Under the pieces are notes generated by a model, which was not told the DNA's origin, made no database searches, and saw nothing but the letters and a program-made list of their open reading frames with translations. This document shows positions 11,656 through 20,256 of a stretch of DNA of 32,000 bases, piece by piece (the stretch's first letter is position 1; the number at the start of each line of letters is the position of its first letter). The position numbers were made by a program, and so were the translations under genes. The DNA is from Candidatus Electrothrix sp. GW3-4 (lineage in GTDB: Bacteria; Desulfobacterota; Desulfobulbia; Desulfobulbales; Desulfobulbaceae), in contig NZ_CP147990.1 in assembly GCF_037902255.1 (NCBI RefSeq), positions 900,001-932,000 of the forward strand. The letters run 5' to 3'.

Positions 11656-14004
11656 ATGGAAAAAGCTTTGCTTCGTAAACGGTTGATTGTTTCTCCAATC
11701 TGGTTTCTTCCGTTGCTGGCTCTCTGTATTGGTTTTGTGCTGTTGATTAGTAGTTATCGCAATTCCGGTATTGCCATCACGCTTCATTTCTCCGGTGCTG
11801 AAGGAGTAACGGCTGGAAAAACGAAGGTGATTTATAAGGGCATCCAGGTGGGAAGCGTCAGCAGCGTTGTCATGGACAGCGAACTTGAGGGGGTTGATAT
11901 CACCGTAGAGATGGATAGGGTGACCAAAAAGAGTTTGGTTGCCGATACCATGTTCTGGATTGTCCGACCGGAGGTCTCCGCAGGTCGTATCACAGGCCTG
12001 GACACCTTGGTGAGCGGCGCTTATATCACTTTGCGCATGGGTAAATCGAAAAAATCAGAGCGACATTTTACAGGCTTGTCTGAGCCGCCTCCTATGGGGG
12101 CTGATACCCGAGGACTGCATATTCGACTGAAAACCAATACCTTGTATTCCCTCCAGAGGGGATCGTACGTGTACAGTCGGAATCTCCGGATCGGTAAGGT
12201 GGATGACTACCGCCTTGAACAGGATGGTACCATTATGGTGGATCTGCTTATTCAACCGGAATTTACCCATTTGGTCCGCGAAGGAACGAGATTTTGGAAT
12301 GCCAGCGGCCTTTCTGTGACAGGTGATTTGCAACGAGGGCTGAGTATCAACGTGGAATCTATGGCCTCGCTCATCTATGGTGGTCTGACCTGCGGCACCG
12401 CAGAATCGCTCAAGGAGACGCCACCTGCCCACTCCGGCCAGATCTTCACCCTGTATAAAGATTTTGCCGATGCCGAGTACGGTATTCCCATGACCTTGCA
12501 GCTTGCCAGTGGTGACGGTATTGTCCCGGGCAGGACAAAGGTGATGTTTCGGGGCCTGAAGGCGGGCATTGTTCGTTCCATTGACATCAGTAATGATGAT
12601 TTTCATACGGTAACGGCAAGTATTCTTCTGGACCCGAGAGCAGAAAAAATTCTTCGTGAGAACACCAGATTCTGGGTGGTTCGTCCTCAGGTCTCACTGA
12701 GCGGGATAAAGAATTTAGAAACGCTGGTTTCTGGGGCCTATATTACCTTTCAGGTCGGTGACGGAGAGCGGCAGGATCGTTTTGTGGTTGACTCTTCCCC
12801 TATGCCCAAGCTCTTTTTGCGAGCAGGAAAGCGATTTCAGCTGGAAGCAGAAGACAGTGGTTCTTTAGGGCTGGGCTCACCTGTCCTGTATAAGAGGCAG
12901 GCGATCGGCGAGGTAACAGATCTTCAGCTGAGCGCAAGCGGGGATAGTCTTGCTGTTGAGGTTTTGGTTTATGAACAGTATGCGGGTCTGGTTAAAAATA
13001 CGACTCGATTTTATACTGCCTCTGGTGTGCAGCTTGATGCCTCCTTGCAGGGTATCTCTTTGCAGACGGCTTCGTTGAATTCTCTGATCATGGGCGGCAT
13101 TTCTTTTTTTACACCAGCTAACGGGGGACAGGTTAAAGACGATCATGTTTTTCCGCTGTATCCTGGGCGGGAAGAAGCCCTCCGGGCGGGTTCGCTCTTC
13201 CTCACCTTGGAGTTTTTTCATGGTGGGGATATCACGCCGAAGACAAAGATTAAGTATAAGGGCATCACGGTGGGTACTCTGGTCCGTACCTGGTATGATC
13301 CAGACAAGGACAGGGTGTTTGCCAAGGCAGCGGTTCAGCAACGGTTCAGCAGGCTCTTTCGTCAGACCACCAATATCTGGCTTGTGAAACCACGGGTGAA
13401 CCTTTCCGGTGTGCAACATCTGGGGACCTTGATTTCCGGTCCGTATCTTGAGTTGCTTCCTGGAAGCGGGGGGCTCAGGACCCGGTTTGCGGTTCAGGAT
13501 GCCGAACCTAAGTTATCCGGTCTGCGGCCTGGCCTTCATTTGGTCTTGGAGGCTGAACAGATCGGCTCCTTGAAAAAAGGGAGTCCGCTCTATTACAGAC
13601 AGGTGGAGATAGGGAGGATAAGCGGTATTGAGCTCGGGCCGACAGCACAAATGGTCTGGATTCATGTGGTCATTGCCCCAAAATATATTCCTTTGGTGCA
13701 TCGGAGCTCCAGGTTTTGGAATGCAGGTGGCGTCAAGATGATTGCTGGTCTTTTTTCCGGGGTCTCTGTGGAAACGGAGTCCTTGGAGTCCATTATCGCG
13801 GGAGGTATTGCTATGGCAACACCGGAAGAGCCAGGGACGCCTGCTGAAGAGGGGGATCATTTTTTGCTGGCAGAAGAGGGGCGTGAAGCGTGGTTGGCCT
13901 GGTCGCCCAAGATTACCCTGCCGCAGAAAGAACAGAGAGCAGAACAACATCGGGTTCAGGCGGGAAAAAAGAAGAAGAGAATAAGGAGCAAGGAGAAAAG
14001 GTGA
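11656..14004 (+). CDS. pqiB: PqiB/LetB-family intermembrane transport protein with six MCE (MlaD) domains
   Basis: An N-terminal TM helix is followed by an alignment to the E. coli PqiB N-terminus (SPIWFLPLLALCIGFVLL...AEGVTAGKTKVIYKGIQVGSV). Six repeats of the MCE signature are present (e.g. GRTKVMFRGLKAGIV, GSPVLYKRQAIGEV, KTKIKYKGITVGTL, GSPLYYRQVEIGRI). Confidence 0.75.
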   Translation: MEKALLRKRLIVSPIWFLPLLALCIGFVLLISSYRNSGIAITLHFSGAEGVTAGKTKVIYKGIQVGSVSSVVMDSELEGVDITVEMDRVTKKSLVADTMFWIVRPEVSAGRITGLDTLVSGAYITLRMGKSKKSERHFTGLSEPPPMGADTRGLHIRLKTNTLYSLQRGSYVYSRNLRIGKVDDYRLEQDGTIMVDLLIQPEFTHLVREGTRFWNASGLSVTGDLQRGLSINVESMASLIYGGLTCGTAESLKETPPAHSGQIFTLYKDFADAEYGIPMTLQLASGDGIVPGRTKVMFRGLKAGIVRSIDISNDDFHTVTASILLDPRAEKILRENTRFWVVRPQVSLSGIKNLETLVSGAYITFQVGDGERQDRFVVDSSPMPKLFLRAGKRFQLEAEDSGSLGLGSPVLYKRQAIGEVTDLQLSASGDSLAVEVLVYEQYAGLVKNTTRFYTASGVQLDASLQGISLQTASLNSLIMGGISFFTPANGGQVKDDHVFPLYPGREEALRAGSLFLTLEFFHGGDITPKTKIKYKGITVGTLVRTWYDPDKDRVFAKAAVQQRFSRLFRQTTNIWLVKPRVNLSGVQHLGTLISGPYLELLPGSGGLRTRFAVQDAEPKLSGLRPGLHLVLEAEQIGSLKKGSPLYYRQVEIGRISGIELGPTAQMVWIHVVIAPKYIPLVHRSSRFWNAGGVKMIAGLFSGVSVETESLESIIAGGIAMATPEEPGTPAEEGDHFLLAEEGREAWLAWSPKITLPQKEQRAEQHRVQAGKKKKRIRSKEKR

Positions 14005-14005
14005 G

Positions 14006-14698
14006 ATGGAGACAACGGTACGGTTTATAGAACGCATCTCTCGTACTGCGCAGGTGAAGAGCTACCGCTTTACCCGTCCGCCTGGTTTTTCCTTTCAAGC
14101 AGGCCAGTATGTGATCGTCGGTCTCGGACATGAAGGTATGCTCGTTCACCCCCTCTCTTTCAGCAATGGGCCGCAGCAGGATTTTTTGGAATTCACCAAG
14201 CGGATGACAGGTTCTGCCTATAGCCAATATCTCGAAGGGCTCTATCCGGGCGATGAGGTGATCGTCAAAGGGCCAAGTGGTGAATTTTCTATGACAGGCA
14301 TTCCCAATGATATTGTTTGTCTTGCAGCAGGAATCGGCATTGCCCCTATTCGCAGTATGCTCGTTGATTCGGCTTCTCGCCATGATCGCCGGAGGATTAC
14401 GTTACTTTATGGAAACGCAGACGATGATGATGTCCCTTTTGCTGATGAGCTGGAGAAACTGCCTTTACCAGGGTTTCGGGTTGTCCATGTCCTGCGGCGT
14501 TTTTTGGGAAAGATGCAGGCCTATCAGGGGGAAATCAATGCAAAGGTTATACGTTCCGAGCTGCCAGAGGATCTTCAGGACGCGACCTTTCTGATATCCG
14601 GTCCGCCGGGTATGGTCAGAGAGATGGAAGAACAGTTAGCCCTCCTCGGGGTCAGTTCTTCGCGAATTCGCGTTGAGCGTTTCTTGGGATATACTTAA
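14006..14698 (+). CDS. FAD/NAD(P)-binding oxidoreductase, ferredoxin-NADP reductase-like
   Basis: FNR-family motifs are present: FQAGQYV...HPLSFSN (FAD-binding barrel), GPSGEF, and AAGIGIAPIRSML (NAD-binding). The ATG lies 2 nt after the pqiB stop (GTGAGATG). Confidence 0.75.
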   Translation: METTVRFIERISRTAQVKSYRFTRPPGFSFQAGQYVIVGLGHEGMLVHPLSFSNGPQQDFLEFTKRMTGSAYSQYLEGLYPGDEVIVKGPSGEFSMTGIPNDIVCLAAGIGIAPIRSMLVDSASRHDRRRITLLYGNADDDDVPFADELEKLPLPGFRVVHVLRRFLGKMQAYQGEINAKVIRSELPEDLQDATFLISGPPGMVREMEEQLALLGVSSSRIRVERFLGYT

Positions 14699-14779
14699 AC
14701 GAATTTTCAGGGACCTACAGTCCGCCCTGTTCTTGGAAAAAATAATGAACTCCTGCGCTAGCAGAGGAAAGAGGAAAAA

Positions 14780-15673
14780 ATGACTGAATTGCTTGCTCCA
14801 GTGTGGCTGAAGACCGGGCTGGATTGCCCCGAAATAACCCTGGAGGCCGTTGTCGACCTGCTGGGCGTGCTCAGTGGCTCGGCAGTGGAACAGACACCGG
14901 TAAAAAATGGGCGAAGTGTGGTGAACGGTTTTTTTCGTCTTGATCAAGAGGAGGAACAGGGGCCTGTCGTGGAGCGACTGGAACAGGAGTTAAGAGACCT
15001 CTTTGCACTCTATGAGCTGGAGCCACCCAAACCGACATATTCTGTTATGGCGGATGAGGACTGGGCGACCTCATGGCAGCAGTTTTTTACGCCTTTTGCT
15101 CTTATCCCTGGTTTGGTGATTAAGCCCAGCTGGGAGGAGTATACTGCCGGGCCGGATGAACAGGTTATTGAAATGGATCCGGGCATGGCCTTTGGCACGG
15201 GTCAGCACGCTTCCACCAAGCTCGCTCTTGGTCTGATTCGCGCCTGTTTTGACCGTCGGGCCGTTGAGAGCGTTCTCGATATCGGGACAGGGACAGGTAT
15301 TCTGGCCATGGGGGCAGCCCTTTTCGGAGCGGAGCAGATTGTATCGATTGACAATGATCCTGAGGCAGTGCGGGTTGCTGGAGAGAATATAGCTCATAAT
15401 AAGCTCGCAGGGAAGATTAGGGTCTCTGGTGACGGACTCGCTGATTTGACCGGCAGTTTTGATCTTGTCTGCGCCAATATCATTCATGATGTCCTGGTGG
15501 CAATGGCCCCAACCCTTGCCGGTCTTGTGTCGAAGCAAGGGGCGGTTGTCTTGGCCGGTATCCTGCAAGGAGAGCAGGAGAAAAATATTCTGAGGGTATA
15601 TAAAGAGTTTGGGTTTATCTTGCAAGAGGCTCGCTACGAGGATGAATGGGTGTCCTTGTTCTTGGTGCGATAA
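14780..15673 (+). CDS. prmA: Ribosomal protein L11 methyltransferase
   Basis: PrmA-typical sequence: WATSWQQFFTPF, IEMDPGMAFGTGQHASTKLAL, and the SAM motif VLDIGTGTGILA. Confidence 0.9.
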   Translation: MTELLAPVWLKTGLDCPEITLEAVVDLLGVLSGSAVEQTPVKNGRSVVNGFFRLDQEEEQGPVVERLEQELRDLFALYELEPPKPTYSVMADEDWATSWQQFFTPFALIPGLVIKPSWEEYTAGPDEQVIEMDPGMAFGTGQHASTKLALGLIRACFDRRAVESVLDIGTGTGILAMGAALFGAEQIVSIDNDPEAVRVAGENIAHNKLAGKIRVSGDGLADLTGSFDLVCANIIHDVLVAMAPTLAGLVSKQGAVVLAGILQGEQEKNILRVYKEFGFILQEARYEDEWVSLFLVR

Positions 15674-15690
15674 AGAAGGGGGCAGCGAAG

Positions 15691-16362
15691 ATGGAGCGAA
15701 TTGCTGAGCCGGAGCTGATGGAGGGAGAAGAGCAGGGACTGGTCTATGCCCAGGCGGATTTCTCAGAGGCGAATAGGCTCTTTCTTTCCCTGTTTACGGA
15801 AAAGTTTTCTTGTTTTTCAGGGAAAGGCGAGATCCTTGATCTCGGCTGTGGTCCAGCGGATATCCTCATCCGTTTTGCCCGCGCATATCCTGACTGTACC
15901 TTTGTGGGGCTTGATGGTGCTGAGACTATGCTGGCACCGGGACGCTGTGCTGTGGCGCAGGAACAGCTTGAGCATCGTATCGCCCTGCATTGCCAACACC
16001 TTCCATGTTCTTTTTTACCTGATGGCCAGCGGCAATTTCAGGCCATCCTTGCCAACAGTTTTTTGCACCATCTTCATCGTCCGGAAGTGCTCTGGCAGAC
16101 TATTCGTGAGTATACAGCACCAGGAGGTGCTGTTTTGGTGATGGATCTGTTTCGTCCTGAGTCAATTGAGGCCGCTCGTTATCTCGTCTCCAGGTATGCT
16201 GCTGATGAGCCTGAGACCTTACAGGAAGATTTTTATAATTCGTTGTTGGCCGCCTTTCGTCCAGAGGAAATCCAGGCACAGCTTAAGCAGGCAGGGCTTG
16301 AGTTTTGCTGCGAAAAAGTGAGTGATCGTCATATCGCTGTTTGGGGATCACGGACCTGGTGA
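15691..16362 (+). CDS. Class I SAM-dependent methyltransferase
   Basis: SAM-binding motif I is ILDLGCGPADI. I chose ATG 15691, which follows AAGGGGG and lies after the prmA stop. The track start at 15646 would overlap prmA. Confidence 0.75.
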   Translation: MERIAEPELMEGEEQGLVYAQADFSEANRLFLSLFTEKFSCFSGKGEILDLGCGPADILIRFARAYPDCTFVGLDGAETMLAPGRCAVAQEQLEHRIALHCQHLPCSFLPDGQRQFQAILANSFLHHLHRPEVLWQTIREYTAPGGAVLVMDLFRPESIEAARYLVSRYAADEPETLQEDFYNSLLAAFRPEEIQAQLKQAGLEFCCEKVSDRHIAVWGSRTW

Positions 16363-16425
16363 GTATCCCCACCATTCCTTTGTCCTAAAATACCTTCCCT
16401 TGAATATCTAGCCCAGAGAGAGCGC

Positions 16426-18327
16426 ATGGAAAAATATCAGGAAATTTTTGACAGGAGCCTCAACCATCCTGAGGAATTTTGGGCTGAGGCTGCAGAGGCC
16501 ATCAACTGGTCCAAGAAATGGGAGAGCGTGCTGGATAGCTCTGATCCCCCTTTTTATCGGTGGTTTCGCGGTGGCGAGCTCAACACCTGTTATAATGCTG
16601 TGGATCGGCATGTGGAGAACGGCCACGGCGATCGAATCGCTCTTATCTATGATTCTCCGGTGACTGAGACCGTGCGCCGGGTTTCCTGGGCAGAGCTGCG
16701 TGATCAGGTGGCGCAACTGGCCGGGGCCCTGAAACAACAAGGGGCAGAAAAAGGCGATACGATCATCATCTACATGCCCATGATTCCCGAGGCCTTGGTT
16801 GCCATGCTGGCCTGTGCCCGGCTCGGTGTTATTCATTCTGTGGTGTTTGGTGGCTTTGCAGCTGATGAACTGGCGATCCGCATTGATCATGCCCGCCCCA
16901 AGATGATTCTTTGCGCCTCAGGGGCAATTGAAGGCAAAAAACTGCTGGCCTATAAGCCGCTTATTGATGCGGCCATAGAGCGGGCAGAACATAAGCCGGA
17001 AAAGACCATTGTCTTTCAGCGAGATGTTCTCCGGGCAGAATTACAGCAAGGGCGTGATCTGGATTGGCAGGAACTGGTCAGGGATGCGGCACCTGCTGCC
17101 TGCGTCCCTGTGGCAGCGACGGATCCGCTCTATATCCTCTACACCTCCGGTACCACGGGTATGCCCAAAGGGGTGTTGCGGGATAACGGCGGGCATGCCG
17201 TGGCCCTGCACTGGACCATGAAAAATATCTATAACGTGGAGCCGGGTGATGTCTATTGGGCCGCCTCGGACGTGGGCTGGGTGGTCGGCCATTCGTACAT
17301 TGTCTATGGCCCACTCCTGTATGGCTGCACCACAGTGGTGTACGAGGGCAAGCCTGTAGGGACTCCAGATGCAGGTGCCTTTTGGCGGGTTATTGAACAA
17401 CATAAGGTCAAGGTGCTCTTTACCGCACCAACAGCCTTTCGGGCGATCAAAAAAGAAGATCCTGAGGGCCTCTTGCTGAAAGAATACGATCTTTCCTCGT
17501 TTAAGGCGCTCTTTCTTGCCGGAGAACGGCTTGACCCGGATACATACCACTGGGCCCGGGCCCTTCTCAATGTTCCGGTGATTGATCATTGGTGGCAGAC
17601 GGAAACAAGCTGGGCCGTTGCAGGCAATCCCCTGGGGATTGAGGAATTCCCGATAAAGCCGGGATCGGCAACCAGACCTATTCCTGGTTATGACGTGCGA
17701 ATTCTTGATTATGCAGGAAAGGAACTCGGGCCAGGAGAGGAGGGGAATATAGTACTCAAACTCCCCCTCCCGCCTGGCACCTTGACAACCCTGTGGCGGA
17801 ATGACGAACGCTATGTGCAGTCGTATTTGTCTGCCTTTCCAGGCTATTACGAAACCAGTGACGAAGGATATATTGATGAGGACGGCTATGTCTTTGTTAT
17901 GGGCAGGATGGACGATGTCATCAATGTGGCTGGACATCGTCTCTCCACTGGTGCTATGGAGGAGATTGTTGCCGCGCATCCTCTGGTGGCAGAATGTGCC
18001 GTCATCGGGGTAGGTGATGCCCTGAAGGGGCAAAAACCCTTGGGATTAGCCGTGCTCAAAGCAGGGGCGGAAGGCGATGAGGAAAGGCTGAAAGAGGAGC
18101 TCGTGCAGATGATCCGTTCCCGGATCGGTCCTATCGCCTCTTACCGTGAAACCATCGTTGTTGCCCGGCTCCCCAAGACCAGATCTGGTAAGATCCTTCG
18201 CGGGACCATGCGTTCTATTGCTGCGGGCAAGGCGTATCGAATGCCATCCACTATCGATGATCCCACCTCTTTGGAGGAGATCTCAACGGCATTAGGGCGC
18301 ATAGGCTATCCTGTGGAACAGGAGTGA
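16426..18327 (+). CDS. prpE: Propionate--CoA ligase (AMP-forming acyl-CoA synthetase)
   Basis: The sequence is collinear with enterobacterial PrpE as I remember it: SLNHPEEFWAEAA, PPFYRWFRGGELN, YMPMIPEALVAMLACARLGVIHSVVFGGFA, LYTSGTTGMPKGV, DVINVAGHRL, LPKTRSGKILR. Confidence 0.85.
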   Translation: MEKYQEIFDRSLNHPEEFWAEAAEAINWSKKWESVLDSSDPPFYRWFRGGELNTCYNAVDRHVENGHGDRIALIYDSPVTETVRRVSWAELRDQVAQLAGALKQQGAEKGDTIIIYMPMIPEALVAMLACARLGVIHSVVFGGFAADELAIRIDHARPKMILCASGAIEGKKLLAYKPLIDAAIERAEHKPEKTIVFQRDVLRAELQQGRDLDWQELVRDAAPAACVPVAATDPLYILYTSGTTGMPKGVLRDNGGHAVALHWTMKNIYNVEPGDVYWAASDVGWVVGHSYIVYGPLLYGCTTVVYEGKPVGTPDAGAFWRVIEQHKVKVLFTAPTAFRAIKKEDPEGLLLKEYDLSSFKALFLAGERLDPDTYHWARALLNVPVIDHWWQTETSWAVAGNPLGIEEFPIKPGSATRPIPGYDVRILDYAGKELGPGEEGNIVLKLPLPPGTLTTLWRNDERYVQSYLSAFPGYYETSDEGYIDEDGYVFVMGRMDDVINVAGHRLSTGAMEEIVAAHPLVAECAVIGVGDALKGQKPLGLAVLKAGAEGDEERLKEELVQMIRSRIGPIASYRETIVVARLPKTRSGKILRGTMRSIAAGKAYRMPSTIDDPTSLEEISTALGRIGYPVEQE

Positions 18328-18555
18328 AAAGTAGCATACTGTCTGGCAATAAAGGATGGGATATTTTTTTTCGCTGCCTTGTGTATTTTTTTCTCAGGGT
18401 GTACACTGGGTAATAAACGAAGCCGTTCTGCGGGGTTTCCGTAGATCACAGCGTCCACGGGGATGCTGGGCCGTACTTGAGACATTCGGAAAACCGTTTG
18501 TTGGTAAAGGGCAAAGAAAAAGAGAGGCTTCAAGGCGTTTTGAAAGGAGGACCAG

Positions 18556-19836
18556 GTGGACAGGATAGATTTTCCCTTTTTGGGTAACAGTATTATTATG
18601 GCGGTGGTTATTCTGACCCACGTTTTTTTTGCATTTTTTGCGGTCGGTGGTTCAGTGCTTGCTGTTGTTTCAGAGTTCTGGGGAACCAGAAAAAAAGACA
18701 ATGACTACATAAGGCTGGCTAGAAGTGTGTCGGGTTTTCTTTCCGACATGATGAAGATCAACGGTGTACTCGGGGTCGCCATCGTGGTTCTGACCATCGG
18801 CCTGTGGACTCCGTTCGGTGCTTTTCTCTACTCAACTCAATTCTGGCCTTTTCTGGCAGAGGGAGGTGTTTTCTTACTTCTGATGATTTTTGCCGTCATC
18901 TATCATAATACTTGGGATTCTGTTTCTCGGGGAATGCATATTTTTTACGGGCTGTTGACAGCATTTTTCTCTATAGCGGCCGGAGTTCTGATTAACGCCA
19001 TCTGGGCCTTCATGATGGTTCCGGGCAAGTGGATAGAAACGCAGAGTCGTTGGGACGCCTTTAATACGCCCATTCTCAGCGAGTCCACCACCCATCTGAT
19101 TCTGCCCTGTCTGATCAACGGTGCTTTGCTCGTTTTTGTCTGGACCTACTGGAAGTCCAGAAAACCGGGCGAGGATCAGCAGTATTATAAAAAAGTTAAT
19201 AAGTTTACAGGGGTTGTCGGCGGCACCCTGCTTTTTCTGCAGCCGATCTCAGGTATTCTCTTTCTGCTTAAAGTGAAATCAGCCACAGAGGCACTCCCAG
19301 CACCCAATCCTTGGGCACAGTTGTCCGGTGGAGTTGCACAGCCTTTCCTCTATACCATGATTGGATTGGCCAGTGTTGCGGTCATTTGTACTATTTTTTA
19401 TTGGGTCATGGGGCATGAAAAGGGACGTAAGGCCCTGCTGGCCGCCTCATTCGCCATGTTCATCGCCTTCTTCATCGGTGGTTTCACCCGCGAAAGAGCA
19501 AGGAAGCCGTATCTGGTCTGGAATGTTATGAGTATGGATCAGCAGTTCACCAAAACAATGAAGGACAAGGGGATCGGTGGAACGGAGCAAACCTCTGGAG
19601 CGGTTGTGAATGGCGAACAGGTTTTCCAGGGGTGCAAGGGATGTCACTCCTATAAAGGGCAGGGTGGCACAACAGGGCCTGATCTGACGAACGTGGCGCA
19701 AAAGTATAAGAATGATCAGAAGGGTCTTATGGAGTTCATCCGTCAGCCGCCGAGTCCGGTAAATAATGTTATGACGCCTTTCAGCGGAACCGAAGCAGAG
19801 CTTGAGGCCCTTGCGGATTATCTGTTAACAAACTGA
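18556..19836 (+). CDS. Polytopic membrane protein with C-terminal mono-haem cytochrome c domain (N-terminal part loosely cytochrome bd subunit I-like)
   Basis: The GTG start is preceded by AAAGGAGG. There are about 9 hydrophobic helices. The C-terminal soluble domain carries CKGCH (CxxCH) and a distal Met region (NNVMTPF). Confidence 0.65.
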   Translation: MDRIDFPFLGNSIIMAVVILTHVFFAFFAVGGSVLAVVSEFWGTRKKDNDYIRLARSVSGFLSDMMKINGVLGVAIVVLTIGLWTPFGAFLYSTQFWPFLAEGGVFLLLMIFAVIYHNTWDSVSRGMHIFYGLLTAFFSIAAGVLINAIWAFMMVPGKWIETQSRWDAFNTPILSESTTHLILPCLINGALLVFVWTYWKSRKPGEDQQYYKKVNKFTGVVGGTLLFLQPISGILFLLKVKSATEALPAPNPWAQLSGGVAQPFLYTMIGLASVAVICTIFYWVMGHEKGRKALLAASFAMFIAFFIGGFTRERARKPYLVWNVMSMDQQFTKTMKDKGIGGTEQTSGAVVNGEQVFQGCKGCHSYKGQGGTTGPDLTNVAQKYKNDQKGLMEFIRQPPSPVNNVMTPFSGTEAELEALADYLLTN

Positions 19837-19870
19837 TCAGAAGATTATTTCCCCCTCTCTCTTCCCAAAA

Positions 19871-19900
19871 AGCCGCTCTCGCAAGAGCGGCTTTCTTTGT
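19871..19900 (+). terminator. Intrinsic terminator after the cytochrome gene
   Basis: A 9-bp stem AGCCGCTCT / AGAGCGGCT encloses a CGCA loop and is followed by TTCTTTGTTG. AAAA lies upstream, so it may act in both directions. Confidence 0.65.
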
Positions 19901-19908
19901 TGTCCTGA

Positions 19909-20070
19909 CCAAAGTTATCCGGTCGCGGTGTCTGTGTTCTGCAATCTCCTGTTCCTTGGAAGGAGATGATTAAGATATCAAGCGGTGAAGGCTTATTGCA
20001 GACCTTTCACGGCACCGGAGAGGCCTGGTTGGCTTCCCACCCAATCGGGTGTATCAGCAATTGGCGTTGA
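19909..20070 (+). pseudogene. Probable C-terminal remnant of an AIM24 (DUF124/TIGR00266) family gene
   Basis: The open frame reads ...KEMIKISSGEGLLQTFHGTGEAWLASHPIGCISNWR*. This matches the remembered family C-terminus FGGEGLFL..LTGPG.VWLQSLP. No N-terminal 200 aa are present, and the frame starts just after a terminator. Confidence 0.4.
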
Positions 20071-20248
20071 GCGGCATCGGCGGCATGGCCGGGAGTGTGA
20101 AGGGATCAGGGACACGGGTGACGTAAAGGACTTATCGAGAAATACGTTTCCCCCTTTCCGGTGCAGCGCTATTGCTTCACCCCTACTTCCTGCAAGACAA
20201 AATTAACCAAGGTAGCCGCTTGCTCATGGCCAAAGAGCATCCCTAACA

Positions 20249-20256
20249 CCAGCAAA
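20249..20256. repeat. Left 8-bp target-site duplication CCAGCAAA
   Basis: It is identical to 21990-21997 and lies immediately outside the left terminal inverted repeat (IRL). Confidence 0.85.

Noticed and set aside
11561-11692. A 43-codon ORF behind a good GGAGAGG SD that overlaps the pqiB start out of frame, considered as a leader peptide or small protein.
   Set aside because: It has no recognisable sequence features and conservation cannot be assessed here. It is too speculative to call.
12357-12370. A 14-nt identity (ATCTATGGCCTCGC) between spacer 20 (3167-3180) and pqiB, which could suggest self-targeting.
   Set aside because: Only 14 of 35 nt match, with mismatches on both sides. I estimate about 0.3 such matches by chance for this number of spacers and window size. 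A full spacer-versus-genome search is still worth running.
17041-18033. A 330-aa minus-strand ORF.
   Set aside because: It lies entirely antisense within the strongly supported prpE and has no motifs.
20063-20072. GGCGTTGAGC, a 10-nt match to the 3' end of the CRISPR repeat, considered as a possible orphan repeat.
   Set aside because: About 1-2 such 10-mer matches are expected by chance in 32 kb. The sequence falls in the coding frame of the AIM24-like remnant (..SNWR*).
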